From UHGV virus genome UHGV-2101173: a stretch of DNA of 18,655 nt; one strand, 5' to 3'. The notes below the pieces were generated by a model. That model was not told where the DNA came from. It saw only the letters and a program-made list of their open reading frames with translations, and did not search any database. The stretch is from a virus. Numbering within the stretch: position 1 is the stretch's first letter; each line of letters begins with the position of its first letter. The position numbers and the translations under genes are program-made. This document shows, piece after piece, positions 15,389-18,655 of the stretch.

Positions 15389-16363
15389 GCGTTTGCACAA
15401 CAGGTAAGAGCATTCTCCCTTATGGGGCTTGGCTTAAATGCACCGAGTGCTCTTATCGTTGTGGCAGCACAACGATAGTTTTCGTCAGAGTTGGCGACTT
15501 TGCGGGTTTTTAGAAACTGACCACAAAGATAAATGCAAACGATGATTTGATGTTGATGGCGGCCTAAGAAACCAAAGTCACGGGGTCTTCCGATTCCCCG
15601 CTACCAAATTCGGCGCAGTGGCCCGCTGTGATTAATAATGGGCACCCAATAATGAGAGCGTTGGACAGTGGCGATGAGATTTCGCAACCCAGGAGCCAAT
15701 AGATCGGGGATAGTGCGCATAATACCGATTGAGGTGAGTGCTGGAATAAGCATCGGGAGTCATGACCCAACATGATGCGGGAAAGCCAGCCACCGAGAGA
15801 CCCGGCAGGGTAAACCGGCCTTCCGCTTGGTTATCAAGCAATAATAGCGCTCTCATTCGTGGGTAACAACGGGCATGTCGCCTTAGTAAATCCCTCAAGG
15901 GTGCGACGCATAGACCGGTACTAGCGTCGCCGTTAGCTCCACGAAACGGAGCGCACAACAGGTAAGAGTATTTGTAGAGTTCGACTCTCTACCGTGGGAT
16001 TTTTTCCGCGATGCGAGCCATAAATGCTCTTTCCGTTGTGCTGAATTAAGCGAATGCCGGAAGCAGAACCGGATCACCAAATGCGTACAGGCGTCATCGC
16101 CGCCCAGCAACAGCACAACCCAAACTTAGCCGTAGCCACTGGCTATCCTGAACTCATCAGTGATAGTTATGCTGCGGCCTTCTACGCATGACCTTCGTGA
16201 AAGCGGGTGGCAAGAGGCTGCGCTAACAACCTCCTGCCGTTTTGCCCGTGCATATCGGTCACGAACAAATCTGATTACTAAACACAGTAGCCTGGATTTG
16301 TTCTATCAGTAATCGACCTTATTCCTAATTAAATAGAGCAAATCCCCTTATTGGGGGTAAGAC

Positions 16364-16687
16364 ATGAAGATGCCAGAAAAACATGACCTGTTAGCCGCCA
16401 TTCTCGCGGCAAAGGAACAAGGCATCGGGGCAATCCTTGCGTTTGCAATGGCGTACCTTCGCGGCAGATATAATGGCGGTGCGTTTACAAAAACAGTAAT
16501 CGACGCAACGATGTGCGCCATTATCGCCTGGTTCATTCGTGACCTTCTCGACTTAGCCGGACTAAGTAGCAATCTCGCTTATATAACGAGCGTGTTCATC
16601 GGCTACATCGGTACTGACTCGATTGGTTCGCTTATCAAACGCTTCGCTGCTAAAAAAGCCGGAGTAGAAGATGGTGGAAATCAATAA
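16364..16687 (+). CDS. S: Holin S (dual-start S107/S105 type)
   Basis: ORF track; [39 protein letters not shown]... near-identical to lambda S as recalled, with the MKM dual-start motif. Confidence 0.9.
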   Translation: MKMPEKHDLLAAILAAKEQGIGAILAFAMAYLRGRYNGGAFTKTVIDATMCAIIAWFIRDLLDLAGLSSNLAYITSVFIGYIGTDSIGSLIKRFAAKKAGVEDGGNQ

Positions 16688-17147
16688 TCAACGTAAGGCG
16701 TTCCTCGATATGCTGGCGTGGTCAGAGGGAACTGATAACGGACGACAGAAAACCAGAAATCATGGTTATGACGTCATTGTAGGTGGAGAGCTATTCACTG
16801 ATTACTCCGATCACCCTCGTAAACTTGTCACGCTAAACCCAAAACTCAAATCAACAGCAGCCGGTCGCTATCAGCTTCTTTCCCGTTGGTGGGATTCCTA
16901 TCGTAAGCAGCTTGGCCTGAAAGACTTCTCTCCGAAAAGCCAAGACGCTGTGGCATTGCAGCAGATTAAAGAGCGTGGCGCTTTACCGATGATTGATCGC
17001 GGTGATATCCGTCAGGCTATCGATCGTTGCAGCAATATCTGGGCTTCACTGCCGGGCGCTGGTTATGGTCAGTTCGAGCATAAGGCTGACAACCTGATTG
17101 CAAAATTCAAAGAAGCTGGCGGAACGGTCAGAGAGATTGAGGTATGA
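16671..17147 (+). CDS. R: Endolysin R (lambda-type lytic transglycosylase)
   Basis: ORF track; [49 protein letters not shown]... near-identical to lambda R as recalled. Confidence 0.9.
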   Translation: MVEINNQRKAFLDMLAWSEGTDNGRQKTRNHGYDVIVGGELFTDYSDHPRKLVTLNPKLKSTAAGRYQLLSRWWDSYRKQLGLKDFSPKSQDAVALQQIKERGALPMIDRGDIRQAIDRCSNIWASLPGAGYGQFEHKADNLIAKFKEAGGTVREIEV

Positions 17148-17581
17148 GCAGAGTCACCGCGATTATTTCCGCTCTGGTTATCTGCATCATCGTCTGTCTG
17201 TCATGGGCTGTTAATCATTACCGTGATAACGCCATCGCCTACAAAGACCAGCGCGATAAAGCCACGTACATCATCGCTGACATGCAGAAGCGTCAACGTG
17301 ATGTAGCTGAACTCGATGCCAGATATACAAAGGAACTTGCTGATGCTAACGCGACTATCGAAAGTCTCCGTGCTGATGTTTCTGCTGGGCGTAAGCGCCT
17401 GCAAGTCGCCGCCACCTGTGCAAAGTCAACGACCGGAGCCAGCAGCATGGGCGATGGAGAAAGCCCAAGACTTACAGCAGATGCTGAACTCAATTATTAC
17501 CGTCTCCGAAGTGGGATCGACAGGATAACCGCGCAGGTTAACTACCTGCAGGAGTACATCAGGACGCAATGCCTTCGATGA
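17144..17581 (+). CDS. Rz: Rz i-spanin
   Basis: ORF track; N-terminal transmembrane segment [18 protein letters not shown] followed by a coiled-coil periplasmic domain; overlaps the R stop. Confidence 0.85.
   Translation: MSRVTAIISALVICIIVCLSWAVNHYRDNAIAYKDQRDKATYIIADMQKRQRDVAELDARYTKELADANATIESLRADVSAGRKRLQVAATCAKSTTGASSMGDGESPRLTADAELNYYRLRSGIDRITAQVNYLQEYIRTQCLR
17343..17528 (+). CDS. Rz1: Rz1 o-spanin (lipoprotein) embedded in Rz in the +1 frame
   Basis: 3' part of track ORF 17316..17528; from ATG 17343: [20 protein letters not shown] (signal plus lipobox Cys) followed by a Pro-rich mature part ([16 protein letters not shown]...). Confidence 0.7.
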   Translation: MLTRLSKVSVLMFLLGVSACKSPPPVQSQRPEPAAWAMEKAQDLQQMLNSIITVSEVGSTG

Positions 17582-17755
17582 TAGCGATAATTTTACTCAT
17601 CATCCTTCACATCTGGCTCTGTAGACAGGGTGGTGATCACTTCTGGAGTGAATCCAGATTAAACATCTCATTGCTGATGCTTGATATTGAGCATCTGGCG
17701 CGCGGTAAGGGGCTGCGTTGAGATAAGAGCCAGTTCATTACAAATACCAGGATTT

Positions 17756-17780
17756 AGCCTCGCATTCGCGGGGCTTTTTA
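17756..17780 (+). terminator. Intrinsic terminator-like hairpin downstream of Rz
   Basis: 8-bp stem (one G-U) agcctcgc/gcggggct with loop attc, followed by TTTTTA. Confidence 0.5.
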
Positions 17781-17923
17781 TATCTGAATTTCACAGCGCA
17801 TCTCACGCGCATATTAACGAGAGCCTTTCAGTAAGCGAGCCTGAGAAATGCCGTTATAGGTGGCGACCTCTCTCGGGCGGCTTTTCTGTGAGACAGGCTC
17901 ACTTTCTAAAAGGTAAAGACGCT

Positions 17924-18442
17924 ATGAATCATCAATTGGCTAATCTCGATTTCCGGGACATGGTGGTTGTTTCTGGTGATCGCGTGATCACAACCTCCCG
18001 CAAGGTAGCAGCTTACTTCGACAAGCAGCATCACCACATCATTCAGAAAATCGAAAAGCTAGACTGTTCGGATGAATTTCTAACCAGCAACTTTTCGCGG
18101 GTTACCTATGAACACAAGGGTAATCAGTATGTTGAATATGAAATTTCCAAAGACGGCGCTATGTACATCATCATGTCGTTTACCGGCAAAAAAGCTGCCG
18201 CCATCAAAGAGGCGTTTATCAAAGCATTTAATTGGATGCGTGACAGGCTGATGGAGATGGCTCACTCATACCAAAGAGAGCACAACGAGTTAATGCTGGA
18301 GTTCATGAAGGAAAAGGATGTTGCCAGTATGTCAGGACGCTTGCTGAACCGCTGGGGCAGGATCAAAAAACCGCAACTCATAGCAAGAATCAAAATGCTT
18401 GAGCAGCAGGCGCAAATATCGATCCCCGGACTGCCAAAGTGA
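17924..18442 (+). CDS. Rha-family phage regulatory protein
   Basis: 3' part of track ORF 17681..18442; ATG at 17924. ...DMVVVSGDRVITTSRKVAAYFDKQHHHIIQKIEKL...YIIMSFTGKKAAAIKEAFIKAFNWM... fits the Phage_pRha pattern as recalled. Confidence 0.7.
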   Translation: MNHQLANLDFRDMVVVSGDRVITTSRKVAAYFDKQHHHIIQKIEKLDCSDEFLTSNFSRVTYEHKGNQYVEYEISKDGAMYIIMSFTGKKAAAIKEAFIKAFNWMRDRLMEMAHSYQREHNELMLEFMKEKDVASMSGRLLNRWGRIKKPQLIARIKMLEQQAQISIPGLPK

Positions 18443-18655
18443 CCATTCCAAAGCCCATCTACGGGTGGGCTTGATAATGAAACCGTGATTTACATCCCCA
18501 CAATCCGGGTATGTAAAAGATAGTTCAGGCGAGAACGGATTTAACTAAATCTGTGCGCCACCAGTTAACGGCAGTACCACGAAACAACCCAAGCCAGTAA
18601 GTGGGGAAATAACACTGGCAGCCACTGAAAGATGAACCTCCTGCCTTATGGCAAA

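Noticed and set aside
15940-15999. Possible complete tRNA gene ending at 15999
   Set aside because: The T-arm and acceptor 3' strand are canonical, but no complementary 5' acceptor strand (CCCACGG-like), D-arm or anticodon arm could be fitted upstream. I treat it as a 3' fragment.
15564-16116. Minus-strand ORFs 15564..15773, 15632..15958 and 15895..16116 in the tR'-to-S segment
   Set aside because: Arg/Leu/Pro-rich translations without plausible ribosome-binding sites, mutually overlapping, and antisense to the late transcript. More likely chance ORFs in non-coding DNA.

Overview
This window reads as the early-left, immunity, replication, nin and lysis regions of a mosaic lambdoid (lambda/P22-like) prophage of an enterobacterial host. 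All identifications come from reading the sequence and recalling motifs and lambda/P22 proteins; no database search was run. Layout: leftward (minus-strand) early operon at 1..7551 (N antiterminator, cIII, Kil, a Rad52-like annealase + SSB + DEDDh exonuclease recombination module in place of lambda Red, and several unknown ea-type genes); immunity region at 7670..9320 (pL/OL, cI-like repressor, pR/OR, cro, nutR, cII, OOP antisense RNA); rightward replication and nin genes at 9323..15253 (O with ori iterons, DnaC-type loader, Ren, tR2, NinB, Dam-type methyltransferase, NinE, NinF, antirepressor-like protein, YbcO-like, RusA, NinH, Q); then pR'/tR', holin S, endolysin R, spanins Rz/Rz1 and a Rha-family gene. 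No convincing novel multi-gene system was found. The most unusual points are a frameshifted exonuclease gene, an SSB whose conserved DDDIPF tip is not C-terminal, a ~600 bp non-coding replacement between tR' and S that ends in a tRNA-like 3' fragment, and a small membrane-protein ORF next to N with no canonical start codon.
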